This document shows positions 47,771-60,950 of a DNA stretch of 64,000 bases, one piece after another; position 1 is the stretch's first letter; the number at the start of each line of letters is the position of its first letter. Source of the DNA: Rhizophagus irregularis. Its lineage: Eukaryota. Where the stretch lies: positions 2,790,001 to 2,854,000 of the forward strand of contig NC_089434.1 of assembly GCF_026210795.1 (NCBI RefSeq), written 5' to 3'. Position numbers and translations under genes: made by a program. The notes beneath the pieces were generated by a model that searched no databases, had not been told where the DNA came from, and saw only the letters and a list, made by a program, of their open reading frames with translations.

Positions 47771-50522
47771 TAATCAAAAATATTTCGATAATGCCATGCC
47801 CCACGACGATCACTAAGATATTACTACTCCAATTTGATGCAGTTATTTTTTTTTAAAAAAAAACTTATAAATTTAGATTAAAAATGAGGTTATAATGATT
47901 CTTAAAAATTTATTTATATTATTTTGAGAAAATTACTTAAACACATTTAGGGTTTATACAGTATTTACAAATTATCTGTTTATTAACTTATCAATAGAAA
48001 TTTAGTTAATATGTTGTAAATTTAACGTTTCTTATAAATAAAAAAAAAAGAATAAATATTTTGGGACAGTTTTCTTGGATAAAAATTTATTAAATTTACG
48101 ATAATATATGAAAATTTCGTTTCATATCTTAAATAATTTACGATAGTAGTGTAACTAATTGAGCAAGTTTAACGAAACTAAATTTACAATATTTAGATCT
48201 CTGTTTATTTATTACGAAACATGTTAGTTTTATACTTGACTCCGTCACGTCATTCTTCTAAAGATTTGTTTGCAAAATCACGTTGATTTATGGCTCAGAG
48301 AAAACTCAGAGAAATCTTTATTTGGCAAATGCAGGAGAAGTTACATTCAGTTTCATGTAACATGAAGATGCTATCTAAAATAGGATAAATTCAATGAATT
48401 TGAATGAAATCCTTGTGTCCCAAAATAAGTAGTATTTGAAAGCTTGTTTCATATTTTAGATTGAATGTGCGACGTCCTTTCATATATATAAACTAATATG
48501 GGCAAATATAGATTTCGCAAATTCACGTGATTATCCCAGCGTAGTAATACTTTTCATCACCGGTGTCACGCCCTTTTGAGTAGCAAAAATCCTATTTGTC
48601 ACGCCCTAACTTTTCAGGTATTACACATTTTTGACTGACAAGTAATTTATTGATTGGAACCCACACGTGATAAAGCTGCGCATATGTATTATTTAACATG
48701 GACTTAATATAATAAAATAAAAAAAAGAAAAAATATTTTTTTTGAAATTTTTATCATAAAAAAAGTGAAGTGAGATACTTAAATATTTTTTTCATTGAAA
48801 GTTTCAAACACAACATACTCAGGAAGTGAAAAAAAGTGTTTTTCACCATTATTGTGCGTTTAGATTAGCCTGTATAAATAAATTTATACAACTGTACTAC
48901 CATTATGTCACATGACATCAATCATTAAACCCGGTGATTGTATAGAGAAATCACTTTCTGATTTTAGATTAGCCTGTATTAATAAATTCGTACTACCACA
49001 TTACTTTTCAGAATTAAAATTTTTTTTTTTTAAAAAAAAATTTTTTTTTATTATAAACTAGCTGTGACCTTATTGCGTAAAGCAATAAAGTAAAATAAAG
49101 TAACAAATCGGTAAAATTTTGTAAATATAAAAATTTTTTTTTTATTTGGTATAAATGAAAATTTTATTTGAAAATAAAAAAAAATTTTTTTTTTATTTGG
49201 AACAATAAGAATAGAATAAAAAAAAAATTTCAATTTGCAATTTTTAAATATTTCCGCTTAATACTGCAACAATTCGACACGGTTGACCTAATCATTTAGT
49301 ACACTTAACAGTTATAAAAAAAAAGTTAATTCTTATGAAAATGTCAATTCATGATTAATGAAAAGAATAATACTGCAAAGCAGTAAAAGAATAATACTGT
49401 AAAGCAGTAATATTGTATTAAATAGAATAGATGCTTTCGATTAACACATATCACACGTAATCTTTATATCTGTTTGTTACCCAACTTAGCACAGGTAATT
49501 TATTGGTTATTCTCTTGATAAATTCTAATGTTTAAAATTATAAAGGCAGATGTATAAAAACCAAAAAAGCTTACTTTTTTTTATAATTATTATTATATAC
49601 GAATATTTATCATATATTAAATTCTTATTTTATTTTATTTTACTTTATATTTTTATTATTTTTTGGGGTGGTTTTTTTTGAATGAAAATCCAATAGATTT
49701 GCACTTCATTTATTTAAAGTGCGTAGTGAAATATCATCTGCAACTATAGAAAACAACTGATAATAAAGTATATTGTTGTTAAAGTCTTTACGGAACATCA
49801 GTTATTGGACAAACGGCAGCCTGTAGTTGTCAAAGGATTTGTTACTCATGTAATCATATCTCATTTCATTAATACACTATTAGCCGGATATATCTCTCGT
49901 TCGACCTTAACCATTATCATCTATGACTTAATTTTAATCACTCCGATTCAACACAAAATACTACAAGAACCAGACGTAAGAAAGCTCTTAAAATTTAAAA
50001 TATTTTGCCTAGTGATGTTATACAACCAGATTTATGTATAAAAGAATTTGTATCATATGAAAAATAATGAGTTTACTATACACGTGCAAATATATGTTTT
50101 TGGCTTTCTAAGCTTTTTTTAAAGACTTTTAAATATTTTTCTTTATAGAACTAGTAAAAAGTTGAAGGGTACTTTTATTTGTGAAATGGGTAAAAAACGC
50201 TTTTTTTTTATTATTGTTATTATCCCCGAATTTCATTAGTAACGCATAACGGCAGTGGCGCAGCCGGACGGATTGGCAATCGATCGGCACATACAGTATA
50301 TTATTCTATTGAGAATGATCGATGCAAAAGTGAATTCAATCAACGCAAAAGAAAAAACGAAAAAGCGTTATTAAATACTATTAATGGTAGATAAAAGGTT
50401 CCATATAACGATTTAATTTATAATAAAAATTAAAAAGGGGTGATACAGTATGAAGAAGAACAAAAGATTGATTTTTTTTTATTTAATCTTTTGCGCAGGA
50501 AATGATTTGTAATTTTATTTAG

Positions 50523-50705
<183 letters not shown>

Positions 50706-51450
50706 TGAAACGTAAATAGATCCGAAATAAATTTGTATGACGGATTTAGTGAATTTGATGCATACAATTTAATCGTATAAAATAAATAACAAAATTATTA
50801 CAAAACTGTGTCACTTTATGAAGAATAAAGAAAATCGTGCCAAAAATAAAAGTTTTCTTTCGTCTTTTCCAAAGTAATCATAGTTTAAAATAATATCAAT
50901 ATCAGTCCAGTTACTATTTATTACTATACATGGAACAAAAAGGATCTCTTTTTTGAATCTTAATTGAAGAAAAAAAATCTTCAAAATATTGTTTTATACA
51001 GAATGTATGATGACGCAGCATGTGTCAGGACTCAGGATAAATGGCGATCACATTGTAAATCATACTTATTTAGAAGTGATGAAATATTTAGACGTCATAG
51101 TTCAAGTTTATCACAATTTATTCTAACCACTTTCTAACCTAAATCTTTCATTGGTTTAAAAATAATTCAAATTTAATTCGAATAAATCACATATATCACA
51201 TATAGTTTATATATACATTTAGTTATATATCACATACAGGTTTCATAAACTAAAATCATAAAAATTAAATAGTCTTAGATCTACCCAATAATAAATATTC
51301 TGTTTATATTAACAACAAAAATAAAAAAAAATCCCGTTTTTAATACTGCTACTGCGGTTTTTACTTCTCGTTTTTCTTACAATTTCTAATCAGTTTCGCT
51401 TACAAAGAAAAGGTTATATACCAGTATATACCAGTATAATACAAAAAAGA

Positions 51451-51610
51451 CCCAGTAAATAGTTTTTGTATAAAATTGTACCAAATGGGCTCATCCATAT
51501 ATAATTGGCTCTAGATTGGCTTAAATTTGGGTTATTTTTTGCATAAATATGAGCTAATTTCGAGCCAATGAGCCCGTTTGGTATAAATTATACAAAAACT
51601 ATTTACTGGG
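51451..51610. mobile_element. CCC-ended MITE family 3 (160 bp)
   Basis: Roughly 44-bp TIRs CCCAGTAAATAGTTTTTGTATAA / TTATACAAAAACTATTTACTGGG with a 3-bp TSD (AGA). Confidence 0.9.
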
Positions 51611-52946
51611 AGAAGAAACCACACAAAAAGATTTTGATTCCATTTCCAGTTTGAAGCAAAAAAATATATTCATTTGATAAAGTTTGAATTGATAAAATTG
51701 TTGAAAGAGCAAATAAACAACAAAAAATGATTAAAAAGTTGTAATATATTTTAACTGAACGTTTTAACGTTTAATCCTATTATGGATCATCATATTTCGC
51801 TCTACGAAAAAAAATGCGTCCGGAAAATATTCTGAAATTGTCCAGAATATAATTGTACAAATTCCGGACAAATGAGTGTCCTGAAAACATCCGAAAACGC
51901 GCAAGATTTGGAACATTTTCCGGACATTGATTTTTGTTCGAAATTTGTCCGGATTTGGAATTTGTCCGGAAAAATGATTTTCTGTTCTCTAAAATGATCG
52001 GCAAGTCATTGCTTGCTTTGATTTTTTTATTGTCCAGAATTTGACTGGAATATTTTCTTGTCCAACTACTAGAATTTGTCTGATTTTTTTTGTCACAGAT
52101 TGTCCAAAATGCGTCCAGGATTTTTTGTGTCCAGAATTTGTCCAGTTTTGTCTAACCGAAATTTGTCCTGAATTTTTCATGTCTGGACAAATTCCGGACT
52201 TGAAAAACATATTTTTCATAAATGATTTATGTGGACGTGCAGGAACATGACCTTTTTTCACAAATTATATTTCACTTCTTCCTTCGCGATGTGTTTGAGT
52301 TGCTGGACCTGGCCCTGCTTCAGGATCCTCTTTCAGTTCTAACTTTAGGATCTCTTTCTATCTTGGTCAGTTTGTAGCTAGTATAGCTCTATAAAAAATA
52401 AATGTCCATAAAATACCATCAAAATGTCTGGAAAATATCCAGAAAACATTTGATATGTCTGGAAATTGTCCGGTTTTTTGACACAAACATGATGTTTAAA
52501 ATTTTGATGTTTAGTATAGGCATTCAGGATGTATTCCAGACATAGAAAACTGGACAAATTCCGAACATAGTAAAATTCAAATAATTTGAACTGTACAAAT
52601 TCTGGACATAACAAAATTCCTGGATGCTAGTTTCTAAAAAAGGATAAATTAATTTTACAAAAAAATGTAAAAAGCAAGAAACTGACATTCAAAACATACT
52701 AATTAAATTTGCTGAGCAGGCAAAAATACTATATATCTGTGATGTTACTAAATTCTGGACAGACCAGCGTCGCCCCAAGATTTTCACCCCACGTGACCTG
52801 CATAAAATGTCACCCCGCGTCACACCCCACCGTTTTCATTTTTTCATAAGTATTCTGGGGACAGAAAATTTCTAGTGGTGAAAAAAATTATTTTCACGCC
52901 CCTTAAACATCACTGATCACGTGGGGGTAGAATTTTAGGGCGATAC

Positions 52947-53755
52947 CAGAGACCCGGGAAAATTCCATTTTTATAATAAATGAATAAATCAGAATTTTTG
53001 CTGTATTATGGAATTTTTATGATTTTTAACAATTTTATTCCGGCACGTGACAACTAGCCAATCATTATTGCATATTTTATTGACTATATCGTGATAGAAG
53101 TCTAACTAAAAAATGTGATTTTGCAATTTTGTAATATCTATACAGTTTTTGACTAAAAATTATTGTCGTGTCACTAGCGCAACCTAAGTTGGCCTGCATT
53201 AAGATGTAGGCCGGCTAGAATTATCAAATGTTTCTTACTATAATTGGGGGACCGTTAAAGCAGGGTAGAATCACGTGACTTTCGAAATTTTTCTTTTTTT
53301 TAAATAAAACTCTTTATTATATATAAAACCTTCCAAATAAACATATACTAAGTGCATTTTGACCTGTTCTGCAAGTTTACTTAGAGCACAAAATGAGGTT
53401 TAGAACACCGTTTTCGATTTATTCAACTTTTTCAATTTCGTTAAAATTGATCTATCCTTTTTTGGGTATGATCAGCAAAATTCGTTTGCTCATATGTAAA
53501 GTCAAAAACATTGTTCTTTTTCCACTTTTTCTCCCTAAGTAAACTTGTGGAGCAGGCCGAAATACACTTATCTAATGATTTTCAAGTTCACTTTAATTTT
53601 AGTTTATAAAAAATTTATCAAATCATAATAATTTTAAATCACGTGATTCTACCCGCCCCTATAATTGGTAATTTTTTATCGGAATAAAATCGGAATTTTT
53701 TTCGTTATCGTGATAAAAATTTGCGATTTAATATCGGAATAAATCCGGGTCTCTG
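52947..53755. mobile_element. hAT-like element
   Basis: TIRs CAGAGACCCGG / CCGGGTCTCTG with a perfect 8-bp TSD (GGCGATAC). Confidence 0.9.
53247..53658. mobile_element. Mutator-like MITE
   Basis: Long imperfect TIRs (GGGTAGAATCACGTGA / TCACGTGATTCTACCC and CAAGTTTACTTAG / CTAAGTAAACTTG) with a 9-bp TSD (CTATAATTG). Confidence 0.8.
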
Positions 53756-54594
53756 GGCGATACTGGACAAAACCTGAATGTCACATGTCCTGGACATTTT
53801 CTGGACAATGAAAATGTGCAATTTTTTCCTTTCCGGACACATTTTTTTTATAGGGATTGGCTAGAATTAAAATCTAATAAAATACTGACCGGCATTACAT
53901 CATAAATTCACCGTCACCACTGGTGATATTTAGTAACACCCAATAAATAAATAGTAATAACTATCAAGTTAATAACACTACTATAGTACAATTAAGTTTA
54001 TAATCTTTTTTTTTGTTTCTTCTCACTTCGTTTTAAATAGGACCCAGAAATATATATACAGGGGTAGGGTACACAGATGCGTCGCCATCATAGTGGAATT
54101 AGACGGAGTAAAGTTTTGATTTGCGTAAAATTTTAGAATTTTTCATCTATAGTTAGGTCATCAAGATTGCGTATTTTTTATCAAAATTTTTATATGTAAA
54201 AAATTAGTTTGCGTATTTTTGACCTAAATTTGGCTAATCTTATATATATAATATATTTACTGTACGTACTTATTTAATTAACCGAATTGTAAGAAATTTC
54301 TAAGGGTTAAAAAGTGAAATTTTAGAAAAATATTATTAAAAAAATGGTAAATTCTATTTTTTCACATTAGTATTTTGTTTTATAAATAATATAGAAGCCA
54401 TGATAAAATAATTAATAATTGCGTATTTTTGCAGGATTTTCAATATCAGGTGTCAATTATGCGTACTACTCATATAAAAAGTCTCTGCGTGAATATTTGC
54501 TATATATGATCGGCAAAATTTGAAAGTTAATTTTTTTACGTATCAAAAAATAAAAATGAGAGATTATAATATTTTTCATATTTCAAATAAAGAT

Positions 54595-55270
54595 AATAAA
54601 TATAAAAATAGTTAAATTTTAATATCAAATTAATTCAAAAACAGATGATATTTACACAATTGATCACTGTAAATAAAAACTTCGGTAAATTCCGACAAAT
54701 AATGACGTAAAATTTATTTAACGATAAAATTTCGGAATTTGAATTCACCACGTATCGTATCTGATTTTGGATATTTGTATGAAAAAAAAGGTATTATTCA
54801 AAATTGATGTTTCCAATTTGTGGTTCTGATAAATCGGTGGAATCTCACGTGCCCTCACGATATTACGGCAGTATTGAAACAATTATTAATTCGGACTTGT
54901 ATTTGATGAGATTTCTGTAGATAATTACTTTAAATTAAAAAAACCTCTCGGATTAAGTATCAAAAGTTAAACCAAACCAAATAAACTCTGAATGAATAAT
55001 ATAAAAATAGTTAAAATTTATATCATCACGTGATTCCTTAATACCAAATACAGAATACAGATTTCGGTTATGTCCGTTAGATATTGGGGAAGAAACTAAA
55101 TAATGACGTAAGGAAGCCAATCAATCATTTTATTAAAATTAAACTTTTTAAATGATAAACATCAGGTACTCATTGGCGAAAAAGGTATTATTCAAGTTTG
55201 ACAATTCCTTCATTGACAGTTAAACATAACCAGATAAACAGCAAGTCTCACGTGACCTTTGGCGAATTTT
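54595..55270 (+). repeat. Degenerate roughly 400-bp tandem duplication upstream of X3
   Basis: ATATAAAAATAGTTAAA, AAATAATGACGTAA, AAAAAGGTATTATTCAA and TCTCACGTG each occur twice, about 380-400 bp apart and in the same order. Confidence 0.7.
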
Positions 55271-55468
55271 ATTTGAAAAAACAAATGTTTTTTATTCCAA
55301 TCAATAATTTTATGACAGATAACACTTAAAGGTAATGCTAATATGGATATATATATATATCAGGTTTCTAACATTTATTAAACAGGTCTAAATTTCAAAT
55401 ATTTAAAGGGTTCAAAAGAAATTTACAATTTTATTTTTTCATCTTTCATAAAAAAAATTCTTAAAAAA

Positions 55469-56401
55469 ATGGAAGTTTTCGAAAAATTTCAATGTGGTTG
55501 TAAATGCGGTTGCTGCTGCGTTTGTGGTTGTAAACAAAATCCTCAGATACTATTTCCAGTAGCGTCTTATCAACCTTACCAAACTATCGTTCAGTCGAAT
55601 GTTGGATATGAAAACCAAAACTTTAGCAGTGAAATCAGTGAAATTGATTTACATGGAATAAATGCTCAAATTAATTTACAAATATATAATGAAATAAATC
55701 GTCATAATAATCATCATATGAATAAAAATAACGAATGGTCAAACGAAACGATCACGACCAACATCAATACAAATTCAAATTTTATTGCAGAATCATTAAA
55801 TCATGATCATCTTAATGGCAGAGCAAATACGAACAAAAGAAAAAAAAAATATAAAAATAACTTAAATAATCCAAATAATCCATATTATAACGTTCGTGCC
55901 GAAAATATTAAAAAAAAGCAATTTACATTCAACTTGTATTGTTTACCTTATGGGGATTTATCACCAAAGATTCCAAGAAAGTAAGTGATGTGTACGTAAG
56001 TCGTAACACAATTTAATTCGTTGCAGCATATCAATAATTATTATTATTTTTGATTTTTTTTTCAAAAATTATTAGGACTGCAGAATTGCGTAGCGCCGGT
56101 TTAATAAAGGGATTAACCATTTCCAATGATGATTTAAATGACAAAATCAAAAATGCGATTGAAGAATTATTCCCATGTTTGAAAGGTAAAACCTGGAGAT
56201 TCTTTCGCTGTAAGACAACATCAGACCTTGAAGTCGCCAACGAACCAGAAATCGGATGGAATGCCGGTGCATTAAAAATGTACAGTAATTACTATAAATT
56301 ATTAAAATTTTTATTTTATTTGGAATTAAAATTTACATTTTATTTAATTTATTAGTATTTCGGGTGTCAGGAAAAAGCTGTATTTAGGAACGATCATTTA
56401 A
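55469..56401 (+). CDS. Family member X3 (253 aa; exons 55469-55980, 56076-56279, 56356-56401)
   Basis: N-terminal CGCKCGCCCVCGC and an N-rich linker. The C-terminal domain reads IKNAIEELFPCLKGKTWRFFR...SDLEVANEPEIGWNAGALK...RKKLYLG. Introns sit at the same positions and phase as in X1. Confidence 0.82.
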
Positions 56402-58928
56402 AACTATGAATAAAGTAGTACAGTAGTTATTAAAACTCCTTAGTGTTACAATTCACACCAATTCACACACGATGAGCCATCTTGTTTCCTATTTAAGATT
56501 TTGTTCACGTTACCTTTTATCCGTTGAATTTTGCAAAATAATAATTTATGTAAAAAATATATATAAAAAAAATCGTGACAATGTGTTAATAGTAAACAAA
56601 TATTTTCTTTTGTTATTTTGTCATTAATAACTAAACAATAGGTTGAAAAAAGCATTATTTCAAATATTATAGAATTTAAAGAATATCGGTTGAGAAACAT
56701 TATAATAAAAACCGGATTGAAATACGAATGTTTATTTGGCCAAATAAAAAAAATTTATTATCTATTGTTGTACAAGGAAAGTTTTAAACTTTTAATTAAA
56801 TGTGCAGGTTTTCAACGAAACCCCTTTTAAAATGAATATTTTAACGAAGAAAAGCAAGTACATTAAATTCCTTATACTTTATACAATATAACAATATAAT
56901 TAATCTATATTTAGTAAATCTTGAATCATTATAATTATATATTTTGAGAATTCTCTGTTACCGTAGTTATTTTGTATACTTTGTATCAAATTTACAAAGT
57001 AAATATTGTTTTTTATTCCATAAAAAGTAATATTATATAACATTCAACAGGTTTAATTTGAAAATATCAAGATTTAATTGGTGTTTAAAATTTAAATAAA
57101 ATTGCTCAATAAAGATGAGGTCATAGGATATTACAATTATTTACATGCGTATTACGTACGGTTAGTATAAAGAACTGAAAAATAGGGAGATTTAATTTAA
57201 ACAATATTTAATTTTAATCATTTTTCTTTTCGTAACTAAAATGGAAATTATCATAATGCGAAAATATGCAAGGACCCAAAATTCTTGAATGATAATCCAA
57301 ATCAATCTTCATTCCGCCAATAAATCCTTTTATTTCCTCTTATTTCCTTTTTTGGAACTGTTTTTATTTTATAGGGGCGTCGATCATTTTTTATAGATAA
57401 AAAAGATAAAAAAAATTCTTTTTTCATGCTTCTTTAATTCTTTTTAATTCACAATTTTTACTCTTGCAAATTTCCTTTTTTGTAATTTGATCCCTGATTA
57501 ATTAATAATAATAAAAAAAAATAAATTAGAATGTTATGCACTATATAAAAAAAACTCGTTTTAGGTAAAAAAAATTTTTTTTTTTTTAATAACTGATATC
57601 TATTCGGAAAGGACCGAGAAGAGTACAAGATAACATGACTAAGCTAAACTCTTTATTAATAGTAAACGCATAAATTTTCTTTGTTCTGCGTGATTAAAAG
57701 AATATTCTTTGATTTTTTTCTATCTCTATAACAACAACTAATTCATTTTATTGATGATAAATTATTTGACTGAAATTTCACGGCACAACACCAATTATGT
57801 TATATTGTGTAATGCATATTAATATATTAATACTATTTTTATATAAACATTTTGGGTCATTTAGGTGCAAAGTGCCCATAACTGTCTAATTGTCTAATTG
57901 ACAGATAAATGGTGAAACAAAAAAAAAATAACTACAATAACAAAAAATCAATCCATTATTCAAATCGACAAATCGACAGAAGTGTAACACTGATAAGAAT
58001 TTTTAATAAATGTAAATAATAAAAATCATTAGCAGTTATTTCATTTCTTTTAACAGGCAGATAAAAATTCTTTTTTGAGAATATTTAGAATATCTTTGAT
58101 TATTTAATCATCAGAAACGCCTGTTTGTTGGGTAATGTCCGATATTTCGTTTTGAAGAATTGTGAGTCATTCCAGTTTTCAATTTACAAATTTTTATCGA
58201 ACAAATAAAATTCCTCATCAATGACATGCTGTAAATCATGATAAGAGCTGGGAGTGCCTGTGGGAAAAAAATTTTTTGCCTTCATGAATTATGATGCTTA
58301 ATGTGTGACAAGATTGTGGCTAATACGGCAGCATTTGTAAATCTTAATAACGAATGTAAAATTCGTGTAAACAAAAAACTAAGTTTTATTTTGTGTGGCT
58401 CCTTCATAACACCAATAATATTGAGGCTAAATGTAATGTCTTAATGCCCTACGTAAATTGTGTACCATATGATCTCATTTGTTTTTGCTATTATTATTAT
58501 TATTTATTCATAATCTCCTATTCAAATATAAATAATATAAATGCACTAGCCATGTCTATTTGCAAAAAAATAAGAAGAAAAAAAAAATTTATCTGGAAAT
58601 TTTCACGTTATGTTTACTTTTTTTACAACAAGAGTTTAAATATTTTGATAATATGATACGCGCCACAACAGATATGGAATGGCTTGCCAAAAAAATTAAA
58701 AGTCTTTTTACAAATCTTAGTAATCATTAAAATTATTGTTCAGATTTTTCTAATGAACATTTATTTTTTCTTACATCTTTGAAGTATGTGTAGTTTTGAG
58801 CAGATAACTATATAACTATTATTTCACCAAAATTAGCAATAACCTACAATGGAACGTAAGTATTTAAACAGCTTAACAAGTATCAAGAATCTTTTTTTTT
58901 ACCGCTTCATCACTTCACATAAAAAAAA

Positions 58929-59802
58929 ATGAATAATTGTATATACCCCGATTTATGCAGTTGTGAATATACGATCGTGGCGTACTATATATGTCTTAAG
59001 TGCTGTAAAATAGTATATATACCAACTATACTTTCAAATAATCAAATATACCATAATGGACCAACAGCAGCAACATACTATCCAAATCAAAGTTTTTTAC
59101 CATCAGCCGTGTACCGTCAGGATTTCGCACTAGACGAACTTGAATACACTATGCCAAATATCGTAAACGAACCTGAAGGGCCACAAGCCACATATCCAGC
59201 GATACTAACCACGCCTCAACCATCGTTTACGCCTGCTGTAGATCCTCAACAAAGAAAGGTTACTAAGAATAAAAATAGACACGACCCGTATAATATTCCC
59301 ACTAAAGTTGCACGTAATATTAACAAAAAGAAACCTATTAATTTTGGACTTACTTTTGTCGAAGATATTGAGCAAAAAAGACCCATACCTAAAAAGTATG
59401 GTATTTGTATTTTTCTTGGTTTGTTTGTTTTTTTTAATAAGTTTCCTTACCTTTTTTTATATTAAAATTAGAACCAAAAGGGTAAATCATTGTTTCGAAA
59501 TTGATTCGAGAGACGAAATAAAAAATTCTGTTGAAAATATTTTTCCCAAATTAAAAAATAGGGCCTGGGAATTTCTTAAATGTGAATCATTTAAATTAGT
59601 ACCCGCTAATATCCAATTGACTATTAGCGAATTAGAAGGGTAAAATTTTTAAAAATTAAAATTTTTTTTTTTCTTTACCTGTTATGGAAAATGGAAATTA
59701 ATAAAAATTTATTAATTGTGATATTGTTACATTGTTTTTTTTTTTAGAATTTCCGGTTCTAGGAAGAGATTGTACATAGGTTTAAAAAGTATAAACGCGT
59801 GA
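58929..59802 (+). CDS. Family member X4 (229 aa; exons 58929-59395, 59472-59639, 59748-59802)
   Basis: N-terminal C-x5-C-x-C-x9-C-x2-CC and a P/T/Q-rich linker. The C-terminal domain reads IKNSVENIFPKLKNRAWEFLK...ISGSRKRLYIG. Same two phase-2 introns. Confidence 0.8.
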
Positions 59803-59848
59803 CACAAACTAAGCAGGTTTTCGGAGGTTTATTTTTATTATTATTATA

Positions 59849-60042
59849 TTACCCCGCATCCTGAGAACGCACCTATTATATATTATAATTACCCCGCATC
59901 CTGAGAACGCACCTATTATTATATATCATATTTACCCCGCATCCTGAGAACGCACCTATTATTATATATCATATTTACCCCGCATCCTGAGAACGCACCT
60001 ATTATTATATATCATATTTACCCCGCATCCTGAGAACGCACC
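59849..60042. repeat. 40-43-bp minisatellite, 5 copies, just 3' of X4
   Basis: Invariant TTACCCCGCATCCTGAGAACGCACC at 59849, 59889, 59932, 59975 and 60018 with near-identical AT linkers. Confidence 0.95.
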
Positions 60043-60277
60043 AAAATGTCGGAAATGTCCGAAAATCTTGTATAACTAGTACATATTTAGTTTATATATA
60101 TAGTTTTTTTTTATTTTTTAAGTAATTGATAGTTTTGTACAAAAAAAAAAATAACTCTTTATTTGATTATTTCCTTTTTAATAAAAGGTGTATATATATA
60201 TCAAAATGATTTAAACATAAACGTATACGGATTTCTATTTTTGTTTATTTTTGTATTCAATATGGGTCGGTCGGACG

Positions 60278-60950
60278 GATTTACTTGATTTACCTAAATC
60301 CCATTATAACCGACATTCACGATTATAACCCCGAAACTGAAATACAAAATTAATTCCTTCCGACACTCATTATCCCATATTCATTATCCCGTCATTCATT
60401 ACCCCGACACTCATTTCCCATATTCATTATCCCGACACTCATTATCCCATATTTATTATCCCGACACTCATTATCCCGACACTCATTACCCGACACTCAT
60501 TATCTCATATTTATTATCCCGAAACTCATTATCCCGACACTCATTATCCCAACACATACATTATCTGCAAATATTATAAAAATCATTACATAAGAATAAA
60601 AAAAAAAATATTAATTATTGTAATAAAACATTAATTTTTGCAAAACATTATACATATTTAATAATAAATATAAATTTGTTACAAATAAAAACATTAAATT
60701 TAAAAAATTATTATATATTAAATAAAAACATTAATTGTGCAATAAAAACAAAATATATTTTATGCAAAGTATAATAATATAACATTAGAAAAAAAAAAGA
60801 TTTAGATAATTAGTATGGTAATAATTAAATTTCGGAATTTTTGGATCTTCGGGATTATAATTTGTCAGAATTGTGAACGTCGAATTTGTTATAAGTTGGG
60901 ATTCCGATCGTCGGGATTTTGAATGCTCTCGGATTTTTGTGAAATAAACC
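60278..60950. mobile_element. Probable TIR element with CCCGACACTCATTAT subterminal repeats
   Basis: A tandem array of roughly 15-bp units at 60340-60560 and inverted TCGGGATT-type motifs at 60830-60935. Ends are degenerate and no TSD was found. Confidence 0.5.

Larger units (their letters stand above)
52765..53765. mobile_element. hAT-like MITE whose right TIR is split by a later insertion
   Basis: CAGCGTCGCCCCAAGATTTTCACCCCACGTGA versus TCACGTGGGGGTAGAATTTTAGGGCGATAC[insert]TG. Related internal sequence occurs near 25027-25110 and 48557-48610. Confidence 0.75.
51800..53855. mobile_element. CMC/CACTA-like non-autonomous element hosting three nested insertions
   Basis: CTCTACGAAAAAAAATGCGTCCGGAAA / TTTCCGGACACATTTTTTTTATAGGG with many subterminal TCCGGA/TCCAGA/TCTGGA motifs. 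No matching TSD. Confidence 0.75.

Noticed and set aside
51780..52614. Overlapping short ORFs on both strands
   Set aside because: They arise from TCCGGA-type subterminal repeats of a transposon.
54059..54500. CAGGGGTAGGG end with TTGCGTA repeats
   Set aside because: It looks like one transposon end, but no partner TIR or TSD was found.
59849..60042. CRISPR-like array
   Set aside because: The linkers are 15-18 bp and nearly identical rather than unique spacers, the context is eukaryotic and there are no cas genes.
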